Shown in pieces: positions 49,288 to 58,029 of a stretch of 64,000 bases of DNA. The notes below the pieces were generated by a model that was not told where the DNA came from, did not search any database, and saw nothing but the letters and a program-made list of their open reading frames with translations. The first letter of the stretch is position 1. Every line of letters starts with the position of its first letter. Made by a program: the position numbers and the translations under genes. The stretch is from the NCBI GenBank assembly GCA_963667015.2, contig CAXXJJ010000004.1:2816001-2880000 (forward strand), read 5' to 3'. This DNA comes from Desulfatiglandales bacterium. Lineage in GTDB: Bacteria; Desulfobacterota; DSM-4660; Desulfatiglandales; HGW-15.

Positions 49288-49554
49288 TGACTGCTTTTAT
49301 AATAATTTATATGGGCCATGACTGGTGACTATTTTGTTAAAAATTCAAATGTTTTGAATAGCTTAAGACTTGTATCTTTTAGCAGAGTTGGTTTAAAGAT
49401 TCAATATTTTATGTATCTTATTAGCAGCCTGAAGGCTGAGGACTGTTAGGAAAAACAAAAGCAGAGGTCAATCTAAGATTTCTCCCTTTGGTCGAAATTA
49501 ACGGGTGAGGATAATCCGTAGCTTACAGGATTATTCCATCTTTGGGATTTTACC

Positions 49555-49583
49555 TTGACCCTCAATCCGGTTTTCTATATAGT
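49555..49583 (+). promoter_or_regulatory. sigma70-type promoter of the cyclase gene
   Basis: TTGACC-17 nt-TATAGT. Confidence 0.7.
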
Positions 49584-49688
49584 TTTTTTGCATAAAAATC
49601 AGGTTCTTCACCTCATTTTTATAGTGTGAAGAATTAAAAGGAAATATCAGCAAACCACTAATTTAAATTACCAGAGGAGGATTTAATT

Positions 49689-50576
49689 ATGGCTTATATG
49701 CCGCTCGATAAAAACAGGATGCACCTTGACAAAAGCAAGATGACCAAAATCTATGATCTTTCACAGCCATGGGGTGTTGATACTCCTTTGTGGCCCTTCC
49801 CCGGGCCCCGTCAGGACCTCCAGTTCCCACGCGGACAGTACCTGGGCCGTTTTCATAAACGTACCATGACCTATACCGGCACTCTCCATGCCGGTACCCA
49901 TATGGATGCCCCCAACCATGTTATGCATGAAGAAGAAGTAGACCGCGAACGCAATGGATATTCACTGGATGAGATACCACTGGAATACTGCATTGGTACA
50001 GGTGTTATTCTTGATATGCGTCATTTAAGGGATGAGTTTGAAGCAGAATGGAAGACAGGTTTTGAACCTAATCTCTGGAAGATCATTATGCCTGAAGATG
50101 TTGACAAGGCATGTGAAAAAGACGGTCTTGAAATCAGGGAAAATGACTGGGTAGTTATCAACACAGGTTTTCATCATTATTGGAGAAAAAACAACGATAA
50201 GTACTATAACTATTATCCAGGACAGGGTCCTGAAATTGCAGAATATCTTATTCATGAGAAAAAGATAAAGGGTATCTCAGGAACCTGGGGCGCGACAGAT
50301 TCTCCCATGTGGCATTATCCCCTTAAAGAGCAGATGCCATGGCTCGACAAGGCCTACCGAAAGGCAACAGGCAAAGATCCTGATGTGGTATTCCCTGATT
50401 ATGAACCATGCCACCGTATGTACATGCAGGCAGGTGTTGTAACAGTAGAAAACGCCGGTGGTGATATTGATGAGGTTACAGGAAAACGAATGATCATTTC
50501 TGCAACCCCGTTCCGCTGCGAAATGGCAGACGGCGGTTTTGTAAGGCTGGTTGCCTGGGAAGAGGGTTCTTTCTAA
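49689..50576 (+). CDS. Cyclase (kynurenine formamidase-like) family metal-dependent hydrolase
   Basis: HAGTHMDAPNH signature, INTG, EPCH, VEN.GGD; GAGGAGG RBS. Confidence 0.9.
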   Translation: MAYMPLDKNRMHLDKSKMTKIYDLSQPWGVDTPLWPFPGPRQDLQFPRGQYLGRFHKRTMTYTGTLHAGTHMDAPNHVMHEEEVDRERNGYSLDEIPLEYCIGTGVILDMRHLRDEFEAEWKTGFEPNLWKIIMPEDVDKACEKDGLEIRENDWVVINTGFHHYWRKNNDKYYNYYPGQGPEIAEYLIHEKKIKGISGTWGATDSPMWHYPLKEQMPWLDKAYRKATGKDPDVVFPDYEPCHRMYMQAGVVTVENAGGDIDEVTGKRMIISATPFRCEMADGGFVRLVAWEEGSF

Positions 50577-50608
50577 GAATAAATGTTTTAATATAATGAT
50601 GTAGTCCT

Positions 50609-50639
50609 AAAACCGGGCCTTTGCAGGCTCGGTTTTTTT
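50609..50639 (+). terminator. Rho-independent terminator
   Basis: aaaaccgggcct-ttgc-aggctcggtttttt. Confidence 0.8.
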
Positions 50640-50766
50640 AAGCGGTTATACCCGACTTTTTCTATCATAAATACTTAATCCAGATAAAATTGAAATTTGA
50701 CACTTTTTTTATAAAAACTGTATTTAGACAGGGCATTTAGCAATAACCTGATAAAGGAGGATAGAA

Positions 50767-51096
50767 ATGAGTGAGTATGTAAAGGTATGCATTCAGGTAA
50801 AAAAGGATGATGAACAGTTATATTTCAAGGAAGAGGATGCAAAGCTTATTCGGGAGTTAAGGGATAAACATAAAAAAGAGACAGATAAGGAGTACTGCGA
50901 AGATCATTCATACCACTGTTTTCGCTGCGGTACAAGAAGCCTTGTGGAAGTGGATAGAGGTGATATAAAGATAGATATATGTGCCAATGAAAACTGCGGG
51001 GCAGTTCATCTTGATCCAGGAGAGCTTGAAAACATCATGAAGGATGAAAAGGCGATCAAGGGAATCAGAAAGTCATTTCTATCAATATTTAAATAA
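50767..51096 (+). CDS. Small zinc-finger (zf-TFIIB-like) protein
   Basis: CFRCG...IDICANENCGAVHLDPGELE. Confidence 0.75.
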   Translation: MSEYVKVCIQVKKDDEQLYFKEEDAKLIRELRDKHKKETDKEYCEDHSYHCFRCGTRSLVEVDRGDIKIDICANENCGAVHLDPGELENIMKDEKAIKGIRKSFLSIFK

Positions 51097-51105
51097 AAAA
51101 CGACT

Positions 51106-51144
51106 ATGAAGATCATTTCTGGGAGGCCCGGAAATGATCTTCAT
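51106..51144. terminator. Hairpin between convergent genes
   Basis: atgaagatcatttc ... gaaatgatcttcat (14-bp perfect stem). Confidence 0.7.
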
Positions 51145-51157
51145 TGCCGTAAAAAAA

Positions 51158-51925
51158 TTAACCTACTGCGGTGAGCCCGCCGTCTATATATATAATCTGT
51201 CCTGTAATAAAGTTCGCCGCATCCGAGGCAAGAAAAACGCATGCCCCGGCCATTTCTTCAGGTGTTCCAAGACGTTTGAAAAGGCTGCTGGAAGCGAGCA
51301 TCTCAAGGCGTTCGGGAGCTACTGCCTTTTTGATGGTATCGGTTAGAACCAGTGACGGAGCCATTGCATTTACGTTGATGCCGAATGGTGCAAATTCAGC
51401 GGCCAGCATACGGGTTATCATGTCGACAGCACCCTTTGTGGCACCATAGGCAGTGTTGCCGCCGCCAGTGCCGCGGATACCCCTGACAGAGGACATGTTG
51501 ATTATCTTGCCGTTCTTGGCCTCAATCATCTTTTTACCAAAGGCCTTGCAGCATAGCATAACGCCCTTTACATTAACGTCAAATATTTTGTCCCAGTTTT
51601 CAACAGCGAAGTCTACTATCAATCCCTTAATATTCATTCCCTGTGTGTTTACGAGAACATCAACTTTGCCGTATTTGGATACAACATCGTCAGCAAGCTG
51701 GTTGACGCTTGCTTCATCCGAGGTGTCAACCTGGAAAAAACCTGTTTCAACACCTGTTGCGGCATTTATTTCCTTGGCTACTGCCATGAGATTATCAACA
51801 TTACGGCTTGCAAGAATAACCGTTGCGCCCTGTGCGCTTAATGCCATTGAACAGGCCTTGCCGATCCCTCCGGCGCCGCCGACAACAACAACAATTTTAC
51901 CATCAAGTTTAAACATATCATTCAT
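51158..51925 (-). CDS. Short-chain dehydrogenase/reductase (candidate phloroglucinol reductase)
   Basis: GGAGGIG, SRN (NADP-type), SSVRG, YGATK. SDR family is secure; the specific function is inferred from context. Confidence 0.9.
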   Translation of the reverse strand: MNDMFKLDGKIVVVVGGAGGIGKACSMALSAQGATVILASRNVDNLMAVAKEINAATGVETGFFQVDTSDEASVNQLADDVVSKYGKVDVLVNTQGMNIKGLIVDFAVENWDKIFDVNVKGVMLCCKAFGKKMIEAKNGKIINMSSVRGIRGTGGGNTAYGATKGAVDMITRMLAAEFAPFGINVNAMAPSLVLTDTIKKAVAPERLEMLASSSLFKRLGTPEEMAGACVFLASDAANFITGQIIYIDGGLTAVG

Positions 51926-51947
51926 TGCTGTATCTCCTTTTTGAAAT

Positions 51948-52274
51948 CTAGGGTGTAATAAGGAATACCAGCACTTCAGCCGGTTTACCGTTGTTAATGG
52001 TCATTTCGCGTTCTTCATTGGCTTCGATAAAGATAACATCGCCCTTATTCAGTACATGAGTCTCGTCCTTACCCTTTACCGTTATTGATCCTTTTACAAC
52101 ATAATAGATCTTTTCTGTCGGAGAGCCTGACATCTCTGCCCCGCCGTTTGGTTGAAAATAGGAATAAAAAACCTTTACCCGTTCGGATTCCTTTACAAAC
52201 TTCTGCAGCCCATAAACACCAAAATGCTTTGGTGCCTCATAGGGTGTTCCTGTGGCATCTTTAACTGTTTTCAT
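51948..52274 (-). CDS. Cupin domain protein
   Basis: YEAPKH, P.GGAEM...TEKIYYV..G, L.KGD.IFI...E.R. Confidence 0.85.
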   Translation of the reverse strand: MKTVKDATGTPYEAPKHFGVYGLQKFVKESERVKVFYSYFQPNGGAEMSGSPTEKIYYVVKGSITVKGKDETHVLNKGDVIFIEANEEREMTINNGKPAEVLVFLITP

Positions 52275-52327
52275 TTTATTCTCCTTACTTTTCTATTAAA
52301 TTTATAAGGCAATTAGTGTTATCTGCC

Positions 52328-54277
52328 TTATATGTCAGAATATAACTGCTCATAAAAATCCAGACTGTTCGGATTTGACAGGGCATCCCTGTTAGTAACC
52401 GGTCGTCCGTTCATAATATTTGTAACCGCGCTTTCCACCTTTTTGCCGCTGAAGGTATATGGTATATCGTCAACCGCAAATATCATAGCCGGTACATGGC
52501 GCGGGGAAGCCTTGGTACGCAAGCTGGTTTTTATCTTCTTTTCCACTTCGTCCGTCAATTCAAAACCGGGCGTGAGTCTGACAAAAAGTAGAATGCGCTG
52601 ATCATTCTCAAGATTTTGGCCTATGGCCAGGAAATCTTCCACTTCATCCAGAGCCTCAAGTACATTATATATTTCGGCGGTTCCAATGCGTACTCCCGAA
52701 GGTTTCAAAATTGCATCAGAACGTCCGAAGAATGTTACACCCTTTGTATCGCTGTAAAACTCTATATAATCGCCATGCCTCCATATTCCGGGGTATACTC
52801 CGAAATATGCCCCGTTATATCTTGCTCCTTCAGGATCATCTATAAATCCGATCGGCATGGATGGTGCCGGTGCCTCACAAACCAGCTCACCCTGCTCATC
52901 ATAAATATGATTCCCCTTTTCATCATAGGACTTTATCTTCATTCCAAGTCCTGGTGACTGGAGCTGACCGGCATAGACCGGAAGGACAGGTGAGCCTATT
53001 ACGAAACAGCCGTTGATATCTGTTCCGCCGGATAATGAATTCAGCAGGACATCACTTTTTATTGCATCATACACAAACCTGTAACCGTCAGCGGACAGGG
53101 CTGAACCTGTCTGGCCAATGGTCTTGATCGATGAAAGATCAAAAAGATCCTTTGGCCTGTAATTCTGATTTTTTAAAAGGTGGATATAAGTGGCACTTGT
53201 TCCAAAAAAGGTAATCTGTTCATCGTCCACCAGTTTCCACATGGTACCAAGGTCAGGATATCCCGGATTGCCGTCAAATATAACTACTTTACAGCCCACT
53301 GCCAGAGAACTTATTAGCCAGTTCCACATCATCCAGCTGGGAGCAGTCATGTAAAGTATGGCATCCTCTCTATTCAGGTCCCCGTGTATGATCAGTTCTT
53401 TTAAGTGATTTATAAGTATTCCGCCGACACTCTGGATCATACATTTTGGTTTCCCCGTTGTTCCGGATGAAAACATGATATAGAGAGGGTCGTTAAAGTC
53501 CATCTGCTCAAAAACCAGCTCATCATTTCCTGATGATATAAAGTCGGTGTAAAGAACAGCATTTGGAATATCACCTATATCCGGGTTATCGCTGATATAG
53601 GGTATAACAACCACCCTCTCAATAGAGGGGACCGCTTCCACCACTGCCTTCACATCCTTAAGCAAAGGGAATGGTTTATTTTTATACTGGTATCCGTCTA
53701 TGGTGAAGAGTACCTTTGGCTTGATCTGGCTGAATCGATCGATCACCGCCTGCATGCCAAGCTCCGAACCGCAGGATGCCCATGTCGCCCCGATACTGGT
53801 TGAGGCGAGCATGGCGATTACGGTCTCACTTATGTTAGGCATATAGGCTACAACCCTGTCATCCTTCGTAATACCCTCATTTCGTAAAGAGGCAGCAAGA
53901 CCGGCTACAGCTTTATACAGCTCTTCGTAGCTGATTGAAACAGGATCATCTGTTTCTCTTTTAAACAGAATTGCCGTCCTGCTGTCCCGGTATCGAAGGA
54001 GATTTTCGGCAAAATTAAGTCTTGCCCCCGGAAACCATCTTGCGCCGGGGAATTTATTTAAGTCATCAATGACTTTCTCATATTTTGCCGAAGCTTTGAT
54101 ATTTACAAAATTCCAGACCATTTCCCAAAAATCAGGAATATTGCTTACAGACCAGTCATAGAGTTCAAAATAATCTGAAAAGCTCTTGTTATGCTTTTCG
54201 TTTACAGCCGACATGAACCGCGTCATGTTGGCTTCCCGTATTCTCTCTTCTGAAGGTATCCAAAGCGGTTGCACCAT
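52328..54277 (-). CDS. Acetoacetate-CoA ligase
   Basis: WFPGARLNFAENLL, FSSGTTGKPKC, WMMWNW, SGGTD, WRHGD, GRSDA.L.PSGVRIGTAEIY, GKKVE. Confidence 0.93.
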   Translation of the reverse strand: MVQPLWIPSEERIREANMTRFMSAVNEKHNKSFSDYFELYDWSVSNIPDFWEMVWNFVNIKASAKYEKVIDDLNKFPGARWFPGARLNFAENLLRYRDSRTAILFKRETDDPVSISYEELYKAVAGLAASLRNEGITKDDRVVAYMPNISETVIAMLASTSIGATWASCGSELGMQAVIDRFSQIKPKVLFTIDGYQYKNKPFPLLKDVKAVVEAVPSIERVVVIPYISDNPDIGDIPNAVLYTDFISSGNDELVFEQMDFNDPLYIMFSSGTTGKPKCMIQSVGGILINHLKELIIHGDLNREDAILYMTAPSWMMWNWLISSLAVGCKVVIFDGNPGYPDLGTMWKLVDDEQITFFGTSATYIHLLKNQNYRPKDLFDLSSIKTIGQTGSALSADGYRFVYDAIKSDVLLNSLSGGTDINGCFVIGSPVLPVYAGQLQSPGLGMKIKSYDEKGNHIYDEQGELVCEAPAPSMPIGFIDDPEGARYNGAYFGVYPGIWRHGDYIEFYSDTKGVTFFGRSDAILKPSGVRIGTAEIYNVLEALDEVEDFLAIGQNLENDQRILLFVRLTPGFELTDEVEKKIKTSLRTKASPRHVPAMIFAVDDIPYTFSGKKVESAVTNIMNGRPVTNRDALSNPNSLDFYEQLYSDI

Positions 54278-54297
54278 GTACTCTCCTTTTTAAATAG

Positions 54298-55131
54298 TTA
54301 ATTACATGTCAATAAAACCTCTCCTATATTTTTATCGGTGTCTGTTTTGACATCGATAGTCTGAGTTTTATAACCGTCAAGCTCAACGGTAATCTTGAAG
54401 CACTTGTCAGCCTCAAGGCCCTTGAACTCAAAATCCCCAAAGAAGTCTGTTGTGGTGGTAAGCTCACCATTGTCACACGCAAGCGTTACCCGGGCATCCT
54501 TTGCACATTCCTGACTGTCAGCAAAGACAACCTCTCCGGCTATCAGCCTGCCCGGAAGATTCCTGTATACTACATTAGGCCTGAGACCATATGCAGGATT
54601 AAGCTCCTGGGTTGATGCAGAGGCCATGTTCTTTGAGATCTCGCTCGCTGGATCATCAAGATCTCCAAACATAAGGGCTCCACTGGGACATGCCTCAACA
54701 CACCTGGGCTCCTTTGCCCCGTTCTCAAGAAGATGTACACAGAAGTTACACTTCTGGGCAACATCTGCTGCCTCGTTATAGGAGATTACCCTGTGAGGAC
54801 AGTAGCTTACTATCTCTCTCTTACCCTTTGCCTTCTCAGGATCTATTACCACTATACCGTCAGGGCGCCTGTAGACCTCTCCGTTTGTTGCCATCTTCAC
54901 ACACTGTGCGTCCTGGCACTGGAAACAGGGCTGGGGTACATAGTCTACCTTAACCTTCGGACACTTGCCCATCTCCTTCTCGGTCATTTTCATAAACGGT
55001 CTTGCATTATTGGGCAGTGCTACTGAGTAAGGAAGATAATCATTACCTGCAAATTCATCCTTACATGCCAGAAAGCAGTTATAGCAGCCGTTACACTTGT
55101 TTATATCTATTACCATTCCATATCTGGCCAT
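54298..55131 (-). CDS. Transhydroxylase small subunit-like, copy 2
   Basis: Identical to the 36340-37173 product except one K->R and the C-terminal LIACN -> LLTCN. Confidence 0.9.
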   Translation of the reverse strand: MARYGMVIDINKCNGCYNCFLACKDEFAGNDYLPYSVALPNNARPFMKMTEKEMGKCPKVKVDYVPQPCFQCQDAQCVKMATNGEVYRRPDGIVVIDPEKAKGKREIVSYCPHRVISYNEAADVAQKCNFCVHLLENGAKEPRCVEACPSGALMFGDLDDPASEISKNMASASTQELNPAYGLRPNVVYRNLPGRLIAGEVVFADSQECAKDARVTLACDNGELTTTTDFFGDFEFKGLEADKCFKITVELDGYKTQTIDVKTDTDKNIGEVLLTCN

Positions 55132-57691
55132 TTTATTAACCCTCCCATTTTCCAATTTCTATAAGACATGAGTTGGGGGTCATGCCCGGTACGTTTTTAG
55201 ACATCATCGTGGATGATGTGAGGATATTTATACATCCTCCCCTGTCTACTGAGCCTGGTTTGCCAGGTTCCAGCGGATCATAGGTTGCTGCCGACCCGTA
55301 GCTGTGAACAGTTCCAGGGGGCACCCTCTCTGACAGTACCGCTATACACAGAACCGTTCCACGGTCATTGTAAAGCTTTACTATATCATTGTTGCTGATA
55401 TCACGCGGTGCAGCATCAACCGGATTGATCCTTACCGGCCAGTAAGGATAATCATCCTTTACTATGCGGTGGGTCGGGATATCATTCAGCCAGTCTGTGT
55501 GCTTGTCATACTGGGTATGAAAGGTAAACCTTGGATGGGGGCTTATTATCATGAGAGGATATTTATCTCTGATTGCGCTCTTGTGACCTTCCCAGGATTC
55601 AATATAATGTGGAACAACCGGTCTTTCATTGTCGTCCGGGGTGTTCTTACGCAGGCTCTCTGATGCAAACTCTATCTTTCCAGTGTAGGTGGAGAGCTCA
55701 CTGGCATTATCCTTACCCCTTTTCGGGTTCATTGAGTCAGGCGTGTCACAGGCACGGCCTTCTGCGAACCAGCGCAATGCAGGGGTGGGTTTGTAATCTT
55801 CCCCGGGGCTTATTACTATATAACCCTTCTTGTCAAACTCTTCCCAACTCATAATCTTGGGAAGGTCTGATATCTCGTAATAGGCCTTGCACCAGTCCAT
55901 ATCCGTTCTTCCGCCGTCTGTGTAAAGATCCTTCATGCCCAGTTTATCAGCAAGGAGTGTAAGAATCTCATAGTCGGGTTTTGATTCCCACAGGGGATCA
56001 ATAGCCTTCTGCTGACGTACTATTATCCTGTAGTTACATCCGTTGTTCCCGTGGTTGCTGTATCCGCCTGCGGCTCCCCATTCTCCCCAGTCATCCCTTT
56101 CAAGGGCCGTACAGGCAGGGAAGATGATGTCTGCAAAGTTGGTTTCACTGCAGTACCAGCAGTCCTGGTTTACCACAAACTCTAACTTAGGGCTCTGATA
56201 CATTTTTACCCATTTGTTTGTATCGCTCATGGTGCCTATAAAACTTCCGCCGTAGCGGTAGAACATTTTAATCTCAGGGTAGCCTTCCATGGGATATGTA
56301 AATTTCTGGAACTGCTGTTCCAGGGACTGTCCGCAGAAGCCTGCTCCTGTCCAGCTGAGTTCGGAGTTCAATATGGCATCCGGAAGGGTCAGTCTGTAGA
56401 GTCTCTGCTGTGTCGGGTTGGTGATCTTGGTTCTGGCTGCCCTTGTTATGGCCATTCTGGTGTCAAGGTCTGCGTATCCGGGCACATAAAAGCTGGTATC
56501 AGCCGGACATCCCATTGCGGTTCCCCATATGGTGTTTCCTGCCTTGCCAAGTCCCTGCATGGCCTGAAGGAGAACCATCAGTCTTGCCCATTCTGTTCCG
56601 TAGGCTGTTCTGCATGCGCCACCCTCGCCGCCTCTGGTTCCTGCTGCAAGAACGGTATTTTTTGCTGCCCATTCTCTTGCCAGTGCCCTGATTCTTCGGG
56701 CAGGTATACCTGATTCCTCTGCTGCCCATTCGGGTGTCTTGGGTACTCCGTCTTCTTCTCCCATTACGTATTTTTTGAACTCGTCAAATCCTGAGGTCCT
56801 GTTTTCTACATAGTCCTTGTCGTAGGTGTCTTCTTCGATCCAGGTAAAGGCTATTGCAAGTGCAAGGGCTGCGTTTGAGTCGGGATTGAGCGGGAACCAT
56901 GTTCCGTCCATATGAGCGGCTGTGTAGTTAAAATAAGGATCAAGGAATACCATCTTTACTCCCTTTTCCTTCAGCCACTGTCTCCATATTACCGAATCCT
57001 GGCCGCAGTAGATTGCCCTTGTTGTATCGGGGTCGTTGGACCAGAAGACGATCATCTCTGCGTTTTTCATGGAGTCTTCAAGAAGGTCGTACTGTTCCGG
57101 CATGCCAAGGCGCCAGAAAAATCCCCAGGCATGGGTGGCTCCCCAGTGCCAGCCTTCCCAGCTGTCGGGGTTGTCAAGTACAGGGGTGTACTCCAGCATG
57201 TCCATAAATCTCGGGAACGGTCCCATTTTGTATCCAACTATACCCCAGTTATGGTGAGATGAGGTCAAGCCGGTAATTGCCGCTCCGCCGTGCTCTTCCC
57301 TGATTCTTTTGATCTCATTCGCTGTAATATCTAATGCTTCTTCCAGCTTATTCTTTCGTATCCTGATTTGCCTCTGTTCTGAGGATTTCTTTCTCCGTTC
57401 GGATCAAAGTCCACCCTTTTCATGGGATATTTGATCCTATCTGCTGAGTACAGTCTTGTTCTTTCTGCATGTACAAACGGCGCCAGGTTCGCCTTCAGCG
57501 GCGGTGAATACTGCTTTCCATCTGCCTCTATTGTCCATGGCCTGAAATCCTTCTCATCCATGATCAGAGGTCGTACCCTTGTAACCTTTCCGTCTTTTAC
57601 GGTTACCGATATAGGGCCCTCATTCGTTAAACTCGAATATACCTTTTCCATATCTCTTCCTTTCAAATATTCCTTTTTTTTATCGTAAATC
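54313..57691 (-). repeat. Right arm of ~3.4 kb inverted repeat
   Basis: Reverse complement of 33779-37158 with a few substitutions and a 1-nt deletion. Confidence 0.97.
55136..57651 (-). pseudogene. Transhydroxylase large subunit-like, copy 2, frameshifted
   Basis: agctgggaagaag in copy 1 reads agctggaagaag here (about 57343), giving ...ERISWKKH-stop; the remainder is the 710-aa ORF. Could be a sequencing error. Confidence 0.8.
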
Positions 57692-57881
57692 TCTAATAAT
57701 ACGTCTTTTGTCAATAATAAATCATATAATTAATTTTATTAATATATCCTATTTCATATATTTACATACATAAAAACCCGTATTATAAAAAAAGTGTATT
57801 AAAAATCATAATAACACTTTAAAAATAACAGGCTTTAGTTCTGGTTACAACACTAAAATTTGAAAAAGGGCCTATTTTATC

Positions 57882-57910
57882 TTGACACTGCCGGCTAACC
57901 TCTCTATATT
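57882..57910 (+). promoter_or_regulatory. sigma70-type promoter of the OYE gene
   Basis: TTGACA-17 nt-TATATT. Confidence 0.75.
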
Positions 57911-57930
57911 AAAGCTTTTTCTGGAAAAGC

Positions 57931-57948
57931 GTCAAATTAAAATTTGAC
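57931..57948. promoter_or_regulatory. Perfect palindrome, candidate repressor operator
   Basis: GTCAAATT-aa-AATTTGAC, 20 bp downstream of the -10 box. Confidence 0.55.
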
Positions 57949-58029
57949 TTTTATGAATCATATGAAAAAGAAATTAATTCTATTTTTTTTACATATATAA
58001 ATGAAAAAATATTATCTCGGAGGACAATT

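Noticed and set aside
57331..57714. 127-aa ORF as an independent gene, or a programmed frameshift
   Set aside because: It is the 5' part of the frameshifted duplicate; the intact twin shows a simple 1-nt deletion and there is no obvious slippery heptamer.
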